DNA of 64,000 nucleotides. Source: Parcubacteria group bacterium. Lineage in GTDB: Bacteria; Patescibacteriota; Minisyncoccia; Phycocordibacterales; UBA2135. The stretch's first letter is position 1. Every line of letters starts with the position of its first letter. Under the pieces are notes generated by a model. The model was not told the origin of the DNA. It made no database searches and saw nothing but the letters and a program-made list of their open reading frames with translations. The translations under genes were made by a program, and so were the position numbers. The DNA lies in contig JACQLS010000030.1 in the NCBI GenBank assembly GCA_016204005.1, positions 25,952-89,951 of the forward strand, in the 5' to 3' direction. Shown piece after piece: positions 27,491 through 36,664 of the stretch.

Positions 27491-28762
27491 ATGCAAACCT
27501 TCTTCCAAAAATTCAAATTAGCTCTCAGTGATGCAACGCTCCGAAGGAGGATTCTCTTTGTCTTGGGCGCGCTTGTTATTTTTCGCATTCTCGCTGTTGT
27601 CCCAATTCCGGGGATTGATCCAGTGCGTCTCTCAGAATTTCTTTCGAATAACCAATTTTTTGGACTCCTCAACATCTTCTCAGGAGGCGGTTTGTCCAAT
27701 CTCTCTATTGTCATGTTGGGTGTTACCCCGTACATCACGGCCTCCATTATCATGCAGCTTTTGACTGTCATGTCAGCCAAGCTTAAGGCGCTCTACCATG
27801 AGGAGGGTGAGGCGGGGCGCAAGAGGTTCATGCAGTATTCGCGCCTCATCATGGTCCCGCTCGCGGTTATTCAGGGAGTTGGATTGATCCTCATCCTTTC
27901 ACGGCAGGGTGTCGTCGAGAGTTTGGGGGGCTTTGACCTATTGACCAACGTCATTGTTATCACGGCGGGATCGGTGCTCCTCATGTGGTTGGGAGAGCTC
28001 ATATCAGAATTTGGGATCGGCAACGGTGTCTCGCTTATTATCTTTGCGGGTATCGTGGCGGCACTTCCAGCTACGGTTCAACAGCTCATCTTCACCTTTG
28101 ATGTTGCCCAAATTCCTGTGTATCTCGGGTTCTTAACTGCGGCCATTATTATTGTTGCCGGTATTATCTGGATCACGGAGGCAGAACGGCCGATTCCTGT
28201 TTCTTATGCGAAAAGAGTCCGCGGAGGACGGATGTATGGCGGTATTCAAACATATCTCCCGTTGCGTTTGAACCAAGCGGGGGGTATCCCGATCATCTTT
28301 GCGCTCTCTATTCTCCTTTTCCCGCAAATGATTGTCAACTTTCTCGTAGGGGTAGACAATACCGCCGTACTTGCTGTGGGGAGGATGCTACAAGCGTTTT
28401 TCAACAACACCGTACTCTACGCCGCTTTCTATTTCTTCCTCGTGTTTTTCTTCACGTATTTTTACACTGCGGTGACGTTTGACCCGCACTCTATTGCCAC
28501 GAATCTTCAAAAGAACGGCGCCTTTATTCCCGGTGTACGCCCCGGCAACACAACAGCGGACTACATTGCGGCGATTTTGACGCGCATCACTCTTGTTGGC
28601 GCCCTTTTCCTTGGCACTGTGGCAGTTCTCCCCGTTGTCATGCAAGGTATTACCGGCATTACTGCATTTGCGATCGGAGGCACAAGCGTCCTCATCGTCG
28701 TTGCTGTTTTACTCGATCTCGTGAAAAAGATTGACGCGCAAATAGCAATGCGAGAATACTAA
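27491..28762 (+). CDS. secY: Preprotein translocase subunit SecY
   Basis: 10-TM protein downstream of rplO; SecY consensus blocks. Confidence 0.9.
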   Translation: MQTFFQKFKLALSDATLRRRILFVLGALVIFRILAVVPIPGIDPVRLSEFLSNNQFFGLLNIFSGGGLSNLSIVMLGVTPYITASIIMQLLTVMSAKLKALYHEEGEAGRKRFMQYSRLIMVPLAVIQGVGLILILSRQGVVESLGGFDLLTNVIVITAGSVLLMWLGELISEFGIGNGVSLIIFAGIVAALPATVQQLIFTFDVAQIPVYLGFLTAAIIIVAGIIWITEAERPIPVSYAKRVRGGRMYGGIQTYLPLRLNQAGGIPIIFALSILLFPQMIVNFLVGVDNTAVLAVGRMLQAFFNNTVLYAAFYFFLVFFFTYFYTAVTFDPHSIATNLQKNGAFIPGVRPGNTTADYIAAILTRITLVGALFLGTVAVLPVVMQGITGITAFAIGGTSVLIVVAVLLDLVKKIDAQIAMREY

Positions 28763-28891
28763 AATAGTATATGGTATTTAGTATCTTGTATTTGGTATAG
28801 AAAACACACGCTCCGATGTTTTGTCCGAGCGCGTGTTTTGTTTTTGTGCGTACGTCGTATACTATATACCAAATACTAAATACTATATACT
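28763..28891. repeat. Nested palindromic intergenic element: ~34-nt imperfect terminal inverted repeats (agtatatggtatttagtat... / ...atactaaatactatatact) flanking a terminator hairpin (aaaacacacgctc...gagcgcgtgtttt + T-run)
   Basis: Read directly; MITE/REP-like architecture between secY and adk. Confidence 0.5.
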
Positions 28892-28898
28892 TTTGTTT

Positions 28899-29480
28899 AT
28901 GGACAACGCCTACATTTTTATCGGCCGTTCCGGATGCGGCAAAGGAACACAAGCAGAGCTTTTGAAAGCCTATCTTGAAAAGAAAAATCCCGGGCAAAGG
29001 GTCATATGGTTTGGCACCGGGGAACGGTTCAGGACGTTTCTTAAAGAACCTGGACATACACAGGATATTGCTCGCGGTTATGTTGAAAGAGGCAAGCTCT
29101 CCCCTGAATTCTTGGCGATTCATATCTGGTCTCATTTTTTTATTGAGGATATTGTTGGCGGCGAAAGTGTCATCTTTGACGGCACGCCAAGAAAACTGAA
29201 TGAAGCGCGTGTGCTTGACGACGCCCTCGAGTTTTATGGCGCGAAGGTTTCGGTGATTTTTATAAATGTTTCTCGAGAGTGGGCGCGAGAACGTTTGCTC
29301 GGGCGAGGAAGACAGGATGACACAGAAGAATACATTAAAAATCGACTTGATTGGTTTGAAAGTGACGTTGCAGAGACGCTGGCTTTCTATAAGGACTCAA
29401 AACATGCCTTTCTCGAGATTAATGGCGAACAGCCAATACCAAAAGTACACGAGGATATCGTGAAGCAGCTTGAAGCGTAA
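28899..29480 (+). CDS. adk: Adenylate kinase
   Basis: IFIGRSGCGKGTQAELL P-loop; start at the internal Met of track ORF 28821. Confidence 0.85.
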   Translation: MDNAYIFIGRSGCGKGTQAELLKAYLEKKNPGQRVIWFGTGERFRTFLKEPGHTQDIARGYVERGKLSPEFLAIHIWSHFFIEDIVGGESVIFDGTPRKLNEARVLDDALEFYGAKVSVIFINVSREWARERLLGRGRQDDTEEYIKNRLDWFESDVAETLAFYKDSKHAFLEINGEQPIPKVHEDIVKQLEA

Positions 29481-29490
29481 CGTATCAGTA

Positions 29491-30261
29491 ATGGCAATCT
29501 TTAGAAATGAGCAAGATATAGAGATTCTCCGAGAAGCCGGTCGCCGGCTTGCTTTTGTCGTGGGAGAGGTAGCGAAAAAAGCAGTTCCCGGAGTTTCCGA
29601 AGAAGCACTCGATCTCTACGCAGAGGAGTTAATCCTCAAGGGGGGAGACAAGCCGGCGTTTAAGGGATACCGACCTTCTGGCGCCCGCGCTCCTTACCCG
29701 TCGACGATTTGCATTCAGACGAACGATAAAGTGGTGCACGGCATTCCGACCGGCTACATCCTTAAAGAGGGCGACATCGTTGTCATAGATACCGGGCTCG
29801 AGCATAAGGGTTTCTTTACCGACATGGCAATCACCATCCCTATAGGAAAAGTCGATGCCGCCGCAAAGAAACTGATAACGACAACACGCGACGCGCTCTA
29901 CGCGGGGATCAAGGAAGCCCGTGCAGGTAATCGCCTCGGAGACATTGGCGCTTCTGTTGAAGCGGTAGTCAAGAAAACAGGATTCTCAATTGTCCCCGAG
30001 TTTGGAGGGCATGGTATCGGGAAGAAACAGCATGAGGACCCCTTTGTTGCCAATTACGGAAGAAAGAAAACCGGACCCCTTCTTGAAGAAGGCCTTGTCA
30101 TCGCCATTGAACCTATCGTCAATGAAGGTTCTCCGGAGGTGATCTTCGAAAAAGACGGCTACACCGTGCGTACCAAAGACGGAAAACGAAGCGCGCAGTT
30201 TGAACACACAATCCTTATTACCAAAGGGGATCCGGAAATCATCACAGACCTAAAAAACTAG
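29491..30261 (+). CDS. map: Methionine aminopeptidase type I
   Basis: MAIFRNEQDIEILREAGR... metal-binding D/D/H/E/E pattern; follows adk as in spc/alpha operons. Confidence 0.85.
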   Translation: MAIFRNEQDIEILREAGRRLAFVVGEVAKKAVPGVSEEALDLYAEELILKGGDKPAFKGYRPSGARAPYPSTICIQTNDKVVHGIPTGYILKEGDIVVIDTGLEHKGFFTDMAITIPIGKVDAAAKKLITTTRDALYAGIKEARAGNRLGDIGASVEAVVKKTGFSIVPEFGGHGIGKKQHEDPFVANYGRKKTGPLLEEGLVIAIEPIVNEGSPEVIFEKDGYTVRTKDGKRSAQFEHTILITKGDPEIITDLKN

Positions 30262-30311
30262 TACACATTCTCCCATCGACTATTCTGCCATCACTACGTA
30301 TACTATAAGGA

Positions 30312-33044
30312 ATGGCAGTTGAAAGAGCCCCCATCCCGCAGCCGTTTACCACACCAGATGCAGAACTCGCGTACTTGCGGGAACGTCTTCGTCTAAAAGA
30401 GCGCGAGCTTGAGACCCGTGGTGAGAGAGATGCTTTAGCGAGAGCTGCAACGGAAACAGTGCAGGAACACGCCGCCCGATCTCCCGAAGAAGTACTTCCA
30501 AAAGAACAAGTGCTCCCCAAGGAGGAAGCTGAAGCTATAGCACTCAATCTTTCACCAGAGAAGCATGATGATCGCATGGGCGAGTTCCTCGGACTCCTTC
30601 AAGAGCGGGGTATTAAAAATGCCCTTTCGGTTATTGAGTCACTCAAGAGTCCTCATCTTGCAGACGATTTTCATCGTTTTTTGATTGCATATGTGAAAGG
30701 AGGGCATTCTGTCTATGGGTTGAAAGAGCGCGGAGAGTTATGGAAGTCACTGCGAATGACGCTCTACGAAGTTTTCTTGCCAGAAGCTGTGAAAGAAGAA
30801 CTTAAGGGGAAGACACTCAAAGAACTCCTCTCTTCTATGGAGCAGTTCTTCGCGGGAATGGCATCTATTTCCGACGTTTCCCCTGATACTACACGCCACT
30901 GGAGCGCTGAGTTGGCGCTCGCAGAGTCTGGGTCGGAAGTTGTTTTTTATGTTGCTGTTCCTGACACAAAGAAAGATCTTTTTGAAAAACAACTTCTTTC
31001 TGTCTTTCCTAAGGCAGAACTTTACGAACAAAAAGATGACTTCAACATCTTTAACGAGGGGGGGATTGCCGTTGGTGCTGTTGGGACATTTAAGCGGGAG
31101 GCGATTCTTCCCCTCAAGACATACGACACCTTTGACTACGATCCTTTGAATATCGTTCTCAACACGTTTTCAAAACTGGCAAAAGACGGAGAAGGCGCGG
31201 CGATACAATTTGTTTTTGAAGCAACGCCCAACTCACTCGTTGGAGACTATCGGAAGACATTGGAAAAAGTAGAGAAGGGAGCGTCACTCAAAGATGCCTA
31301 CGGCGGATCCTTCACCAAGGAGTTCATCAAGGCTTTTGGCGGCATCATGGGCGACAGTCCAAGTAAGGAGAAAGAGAAGCACGTTGATACCGCGGTTGTT
31401 GAGGCGATCCGCGCGAAAATCGCCGCGCCAATCATAAAAGCAAACATTCGCTTAATAGCTGGAGCTGCCGATTCCGCACGGGCGAAAGAAATTTTGAGTG
31501 ATATGGTGTCCGCATTTCGACAATTTGAAAATACGACAGGAAACACCCTTGTTTTTAAAGAAATGGAAGGCGGCAAAAAAGATGTCCTCTTGAAGTCATT
31601 TTCATACCGCTTATTTAACGAGAGCGAATCATTACCCTTGAACCTCCGTGAGGCGACGACTTTGATGCATCTCCCGTCGGCGGGTATTGAATCATCCCCG
31701 CACTTGAAGCAGGCGAAGAGCGGTGGAGCTCCAGCCCCCGTCGCGCTTCCCACAAGCGGCACCCTCTTGGGAGTGAACCACTATAGGAACACCGAAACAA
31801 AAGTATACCTTACGAAAGAAGACCGACTACGACACTTCTACGTCATCGGTCAGACGGGTACAGGAAAGACGACATTATTGAAAAATATGATCGTGCAGGA
31901 CATCCAAGATGGCGACGGTGTCTGCATGATTGACCCCCACGGCACGGACATTCAAGATGTCCTGGGGCTTATTCCCGATCATCGGAAGGAAGACGTCATC
32001 TATTTCGACCCGAGCAATTTGAATCGCGTCATGGGGCTTAACATGCTCGAGTATGACCCACGTTTTCCAGAGCAGAAGACCTTTGTTGTCAACGAGCTTT
32101 TTAGCATTTTCCAAAAGCTCTATGGGGCGGTACCGGAGTCTATGGGGCCCATGTTCGAACAGTACTTCAGAAATGCGACACTCCTTGTTCTTGAGGACCC
32201 TGAATCGGGGAATACACTCCTAGATGTGTCACGCGTGCTCTCGGACGCTACCTTCCGAAAAGCAAAACTTTCGAAATCCAAAAATCCCGTGATCAATCAG
32301 TTCTGGGAGGAAATCGCGGAGAAAACAGGCGGAGAAGCGGCGCTTTCAAACATCGTTCCCTACATCACGAGCAAATTCGACATCTTCACCGCGAACGACT
32401 TTATGCGACCAATCATTGCCCAGTCGAAATCGTCCTTCAACTTCCGCGAGATCATGGACTCTCGAAAGATTCTTCTTGTCAATCTTGCGAAGGGCCGGCT
32501 TGGAGCAATCAACTCGAACCTCCTCGGTCTCATTATTGTCGGAAAGATCCTCATGTCGGCCCTTTCGCGTGTCGACATCGTCGGGAAGGGTGAGGTGGCG
32601 CCGTTTTATCTCTACATCGATGAGTTCCAAAACGTCACGACAGATTCCATCTCAACTATTCTCTCTGAAGCTCGCAAGTATAAGCTTTCGCTCACCGTTG
32701 CCCACCAGTTCATTGCTCAACTCGAGGAAGGTATTCGCAACGCAGTCTTTGGAAACGTTGGTTCAATGGCCGCTTTCCGTGTAGGACCGGAAGATGCCGA
32801 ATTTCTAAAGCAGCAATTTACTCCGATTTTTGGAGCCAACGACCTCATGAATATCGACAATTTCAACGCGTACGTGCGCTTACTCGCGAACGGCCGTCCA
32901 GCGAAGCCGTTTAATATTCGCATTCCTCCGAAGCCGGAAGGCAACCCTGCCCAAGCTGAAGTACTAAAAGAGCTCTCCTCGCTCAAATATGGGCGACCGC
33001 GGGAAGACGTTGAGACCGAGATCGCCACTCGCTACAGCCTTTGA
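30312..33044 (+). CDS. Large soluble P-loop ATPase with a C-terminal VirD4/TrwB/TraD-like (type IV coupling protein-like) NTP-binding domain and a ~470-aa N-terminal domain of unknown function; no TM segments
   Basis: RHFYVIGQTGTGKTT (Walker A), IDPHG, LYIDEFQN (Walker B) and VAHQFIAQL (T4CP Q-motif, compare TrwB GLQSTSQL); 910 aa. Confidence 0.6.
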   Translation: MAVERAPIPQPFTTPDAELAYLRERLRLKERELETRGERDALARAATETVQEHAARSPEEVLPKEQVLPKEEAEAIALNLSPEKHDDRMGEFLGLLQERGIKNALSVIESLKSPHLADDFHRFLIAYVKGGHSVYGLKERGELWKSLRMTLYEVFLPEAVKEELKGKTLKELLSSMEQFFAGMASISDVSPDTTRHWSAELALAESGSEVVFYVAVPDTKKDLFEKQLLSVFPKAELYEQKDDFNIFNEGGIAVGAVGTFKREAILPLKTYDTFDYDPLNIVLNTFSKLAKDGEGAAIQFVFEATPNSLVGDYRKTLEKVEKGASLKDAYGGSFTKEFIKAFGGIMGDSPSKEKEKHVDTAVVEAIRAKIAAPIIKANIRLIAGAADSARAKEILSDMVSAFRQFENTTGNTLVFKEMEGGKKDVLLKSFSYRLFNESESLPLNLREATTLMHLPSAGIESSPHLKQAKSGGAPAPVALPTSGTLLGVNHYRNTETKVYLTKEDRLRHFYVIGQTGTGKTTLLKNMIVQDIQDGDGVCMIDPHGTDIQDVLGLIPDHRKEDVIYFDPSNLNRVMGLNMLEYDPRFPEQKTFVVNELFSIFQKLYGAVPESMGPMFEQYFRNATLLVLEDPESGNTLLDVSRVLSDATFRKAKLSKSKNPVINQFWEEIAEKTGGEAALSNIVPYITSKFDIFTANDFMRPIIAQSKSSFNFREIMDSRKILLVNLAKGRLGAINSNLLGLIIVGKILMSALSRVDIVGKGEVAPFYLYIDEFQNVTTDSISTILSEARKYKLSLTVAHQFIAQLEEGIRNAVFGNVGSMAAFRVGPEDAEFLKQQFTPIFGANDLMNIDNFNAYVRLLANGRPAKPFNIRIPPKPEGNPAQAEVLKELSSLKYGRPREDVETEIATRYSL

Positions 33045-33086
33045 TTTGTTTTATACTGTAGGCATTAGTTACACAACGTTTCCATT

Positions 33087-35435
33087 ATGGCAAACTTCGA
33101 AAGACCAATGAGTACTGGAGGAGCTGAAGGTGCCCCCGAAGCACCACGTCAGGCAACTCGGGCAGAAAAAGCGAAGCTTACGCGGCAGATAAACATACTT
33201 GAGCGTCAATTGGAGAAACTCGCACACGAGGACAGGGAGCAGCCCGGAGCACAAGCGGAGCGCGAGAGAATCGGTGCCGAGCGAAACAGGCTTTGGGATT
33301 TGCGGAATCAGATGGATACGGAAGTTGCCTCCTCTGAAGCGGTATTTCCAAACGTACCCATGGGCGAAGGAACTTTTGATGAAGCCGAGAGTGCGCCCCA
33401 AGAAATGCGCGTTGCTGGGGAGACGTACGAAGATACACCCCCTCCTACTCCCGAAACGCTTCGCCCTGACACGCAAGAAAAAGCAGAAGAGCCCAAGGCG
33501 CACTTCTCTTACAAATGGACTGGCCGTAGGACGGGAGAGCCGGGAGAGGCCGAAGAAATAGCAAGAGAGGAAGCGGAGCGCGAGGAAAAGTTAAGGGCTT
33601 TAGGCAAAAAGACCCCCCAAAAAAACAAGGGGGATATTCCCGTGAGGCAGGAACCTTCAGAACCGGTTGTGTGGGATAGTTCAAAGACAACAGGGAGAAG
33701 GACAAAGGGAGAAGAAGCAATTGATAGCAGAGTAACGGCATTCAAAAAAAAGATTCGTGGTATTGCAGATGGTACGATCCCCGTACCTCTTGCGGGAGAA
33801 ACTCCCGCAAGAGAAACACTCACTGCGGAAGAGGAGCCAACTCCTCTCTATGATGCCGCTGTCAGGGAGGGGTATATCAAAGAGGAACTGAAACCGCGCA
33901 GGAGACGCCAAGCGCTCGTTACACCCAAAGCAGATGCGGAGTTTCCAGGAGAAGTGAGCGAAGCAGAAAGACGGCACCTAGAAGAGCTTGGCCGCATGAC
34001 GCCATGGACGGGTGAAGAGTCTCCCGAAGTCGGAAGAGAAATGACCCCAGAGGAGCAAGGAAGGCGATTAGAGGAATGGTTGGGCGAAATGCAGAACTCC
34101 ATTAGGGCTGAAGCAGAAAGGAAAAGCCTCTGGCAGTATATGAGAGGAGCTTCAGAACGTTATGCGAAACTTCCTTTCTATCAAAAAATTGCTGTTGGAC
34201 TCGCTCTTACAGCAGGTGTTGGAAGTGGAGCACTTCTTGGTGGTCCCGCAGGGCTCGCAATCACGGCGGGTGCAATGGGTGCAAAACTTGGTGTTGGTTT
34301 TCTCACATTCCTTGGCACATACGAAGCTGTCGAGTCGTTGGCGGAACGGTCAAGGGAGAGACAAGTAAAGTTTTGGAACAAATACCCTAGAGTTCTTGGC
34401 GCTGTTGCCGGAGCAATCACGGGGGGCATTTCAGCGTACAGTATCGGGCAGGCTCTTGAATGGGTGGCGGACAATTTCGCATCCAGCGCTACCGAAGGTG
34501 CAGCGCGCGTTGCTGTCGAGGCAGCCGACCGGGGAGGCCAAGTAGTGGCAGAAGTCAGACCGGGCCTCGTAGAACCAAAGGTAGTAACTCCGGAGATGCC
34601 TCCTGCGTCAGATTATGCAGAGGGGTCGGGTGTATATGCCGTTGGAGGAGAAGTGGGTTCCCAAGAAAGTGTTGTCCAGATTGGCGCCGAAGCCGCGCGC
34701 ACTATTACAGCAGAAGTTGCGAAGGGTGACACTGTGTGGGGGCTCTTGAAGAACGGATTAGGAGAGAAGCTCGCAGGGCTTTCCCCAGAACAGCAAACCT
34801 ACGTCATTGATGGGCTCAAAGACAAACTTGCGGCGATGACTCCGGCAGAATTGAAGGACCTCGGTATTAAGAGCGGCAACATTGATCGCATCTTCCCTGG
34901 GCAAAAGCTTGATTTCACGTCTCTCCTTGGGGATTCTTCTCTTGTTGAGAAACTTAAAGCTGGAGCAGAAAACCTTACCGCAGAACAGCTACAGAATATC
35001 CGAGAGGGAGGAGTTGCACTACCCCCCACTCCATTAGCTGAGGCGATGGAGGCGCCTACCGTTGAACAAGCAGCCGAGGTTTTGGAAAAGGGGGCTGAAG
35101 TAGTCGTGAATGAAGAGGCTGGATCCGTGGAACACATGGGCACAGAGGTTTTCTTTGATAAGTCGGCAGCGAACATCTATGAGCAAGGCAACGGCGAGCT
35201 CATAGCTTGGGGCGGCACGGATGATGCAAAAGCGGCGCTTGCGGAACGTATTGCGGGGGAAACGGGGAAGCAAGTGCGTGTGGACGCTTCCATGGGTTCT
35301 TACTATGTAACCCCGGAGGGTTCGCGTGTTTCAATAGAAGAAACATTTAAAAGTTTTGGTGATTGGTGGAGTCGCCTTTGGGGGAACATGCCGGAGCCTG
35401 AAGGAGTGGCCACCATGCTTACGCGTAATAAATAG
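33087..35435 (+). CDS. Large acidic protein (782 aa) with E/R-rich N-terminal region, central glycine-zipper hydrophobic segments and a C-proximal LysM-like peptidoglycan-binding motif
   Basis: GDTVWGLLKNGL...IDRIFPGQKLDF (LysM signature); GLALTAGVGSGALLGGPAGLAITAGAMGAKLGVGFL glycine zipper. Confidence 0.5.
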   Translation: MANFERPMSTGGAEGAPEAPRQATRAEKAKLTRQINILERQLEKLAHEDREQPGAQAERERIGAERNRLWDLRNQMDTEVASSEAVFPNVPMGEGTFDEAESAPQEMRVAGETYEDTPPPTPETLRPDTQEKAEEPKAHFSYKWTGRRTGEPGEAEEIAREEAEREEKLRALGKKTPQKNKGDIPVRQEPSEPVVWDSSKTTGRRTKGEEAIDSRVTAFKKKIRGIADGTIPVPLAGETPARETLTAEEEPTPLYDAAVREGYIKEELKPRRRRQALVTPKADAEFPGEVSEAERRHLEELGRMTPWTGEESPEVGREMTPEEQGRRLEEWLGEMQNSIRAEAERKSLWQYMRGASERYAKLPFYQKIAVGLALTAGVGSGALLGGPAGLAITAGAMGAKLGVGFLTFLGTYEAVESLAERSRERQVKFWNKYPRVLGAVAGAITGGISAYSIGQALEWVADNFASSATEGAARVAVEAADRGGQVVAEVRPGLVEPKVVTPEMPPASDYAEGSGVYAVGGEVGSQESVVQIGAEAARTITAEVAKGDTVWGLLKNGLGEKLAGLSPEQQTYVIDGLKDKLAAMTPAELKDLGIKSGNIDRIFPGQKLDFTSLLGDSSLVEKLKAGAENLTAEQLQNIREGGVALPPTPLAEAMEAPTVEQAAEVLEKGAEVVVNEEAGSVEHMGTEVFFDKSAANIYEQGNGELIAWGGTDDAKAALAERIAGETGKQVRVDASMGSYYVTPEGSRVSIEETFKSFGDWWSRLWGNMPEPEGVATMLTRNK

Positions 35436-35444
35436 AAGCAGTTA

Positions 35445-35488
35445 ATTAACTACTACTCACTACTTACTACTAACTACCCACTAATCAT
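35445..35488 (+). repeat. Array of six tandem heptamers (TAACTAC TACTCAC TACTTAC TACTAAC TACCCAC TAATCAT) abutting the ATG of the downstream ORF, which has no SD
   Basis: Read directly from the sequence. Confidence 0.6.
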
Positions 35489-35806
35489 ATGGCACTGCTC
35501 CAAAGTAATCTCCAGAGTAAAATTGCGACCGAACTCGGCGTTGGCAATCTTCCCCCAGAAAGTCAAAAACGCATTATTGCACGACTCGGAGAAATCATCC
35601 TCCAGCGCGCAACAATGAACATTCTGGACGTACTCCCAGAAGAAAAACGCGGTGAGTTTGGCAAACTTGCGGCAGGCGATGACCAGTCGGCAGTAGAAGC
35701 TTTTTTGAAACAATTTGTGCCAAATGCGGACGAACTGGTAAACGCCGCGATTAAGCAAGAAGTGGAAGCGTTCAAGGGGTTTAAGGCACAACTTGCCGCG
35801 AGCTAG
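35489..35806 (+). CDS. Hypothetical small protein (105 aa)
   Basis: ORF only; no recognisable domain. Confidence 0.4.
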   Translation: MALLQSNLQSKIATELGVGNLPPESQKRIIARLGEIILQRATMNILDVLPEEKRGEFGKLAAGDDQSAVEAFLKQFVPNADELVNAAIKQEVEAFKGFKAQLAAS

Positions 35807-35839
35807 ACCGACTTTTCAATACAACGGGGGGATGTTAGA

Positions 35840-36652
35840 GTGGAATCATCCGCTCTAACTTTGTTTAGTATGAAAGATTCTTTCGAGAAACCATCACAAC
35901 AAGAGGTTGATCCTGATCGGGAACCTTACCCCGAAATCGAGGAGCTCAAGGATCCCCTTGAGAATATCTTCAACCAACTCGCCGAAGGCATCGAGAACGG
36001 CGAATGGTATGACCTCATTGTCGGCGATGATGCCTCGGGCCGCATCCCGACCCTTATTGTTGCTGGAGTGCTTAAAGAAATCGCAGAAGCCCGCGGACTT
36101 GAAAAACCGGATATGCTCTTTTTTGCGGGGGTGAAAGACGTAGCGCTTAAAAAGAAGCGAAAGAGAGAAATTGTGGAGGTACTAAAACAACATGAGAAAT
36201 GGAGTGGAACGGCGCACAAACGAGCGCTTTTGGTTACTGACACCATCGCTTCGGGAGAGACAATCAGAGACATTACTGACGCGTTAAAGGAGCAAGATAT
36301 TTTCTTTAAAATCATTACAATAGGCACCACTTTTGGAGTTCCCAAGACCGAGGAGCAGGTGAAGGAGTCTCGTGAATATATATTAGGAGGCAAGATCATC
36401 TCTGGCATGCGTGGTACCCCTAAAATTTACCAGATGCATACTTATGGTGGTGTGCAAAAGGAGGACAAAGCGAGCATTCATGCTTTGCCGATAAGAACAG
36501 CCTTATCGCAGACGGGGAGTGATTATCCTCCAAACAGCTTCCAAAAAAACATCAACGAAGCCCGCGCCGACAGCAAAGAAATCGCCCACGAAATCGCGGA
36601 GAAGTATTTAGCAGAACACCCCCAAAAAGCTACGGGGAGAAAAGCGGCGTAA
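35840..36652 (+). CDS. Phosphoribosyltransferase (PRTase type I fold)-like protein
   Basis: YDLIVGDDASGRIPTLIVAGVL and LLVTDTIASGETIRDI resemble the PRPP-binding loop (hhhhDDhhxTGxT, here D-T variant). Confidence 0.45.
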   Translation: MESSALTLFSMKDSFEKPSQQEVDPDREPYPEIEELKDPLENIFNQLAEGIENGEWYDLIVGDDASGRIPTLIVAGVLKEIAEARGLEKPDMLFFAGVKDVALKKKRKREIVEVLKQHEKWSGTAHKRALLVTDTIASGETIRDITDALKEQDIFFKIITIGTTFGVPKTEEQVKESREYILGGKIISGMRGTPKIYQMHTYGGVQKEDKASIHALPIRTALSQTGSDYPPNSFQKNINEARADSKEIAHEIAEKYLAEHPQKATGRKAA

Positions 36653-36664
36653 CCATACTATACT

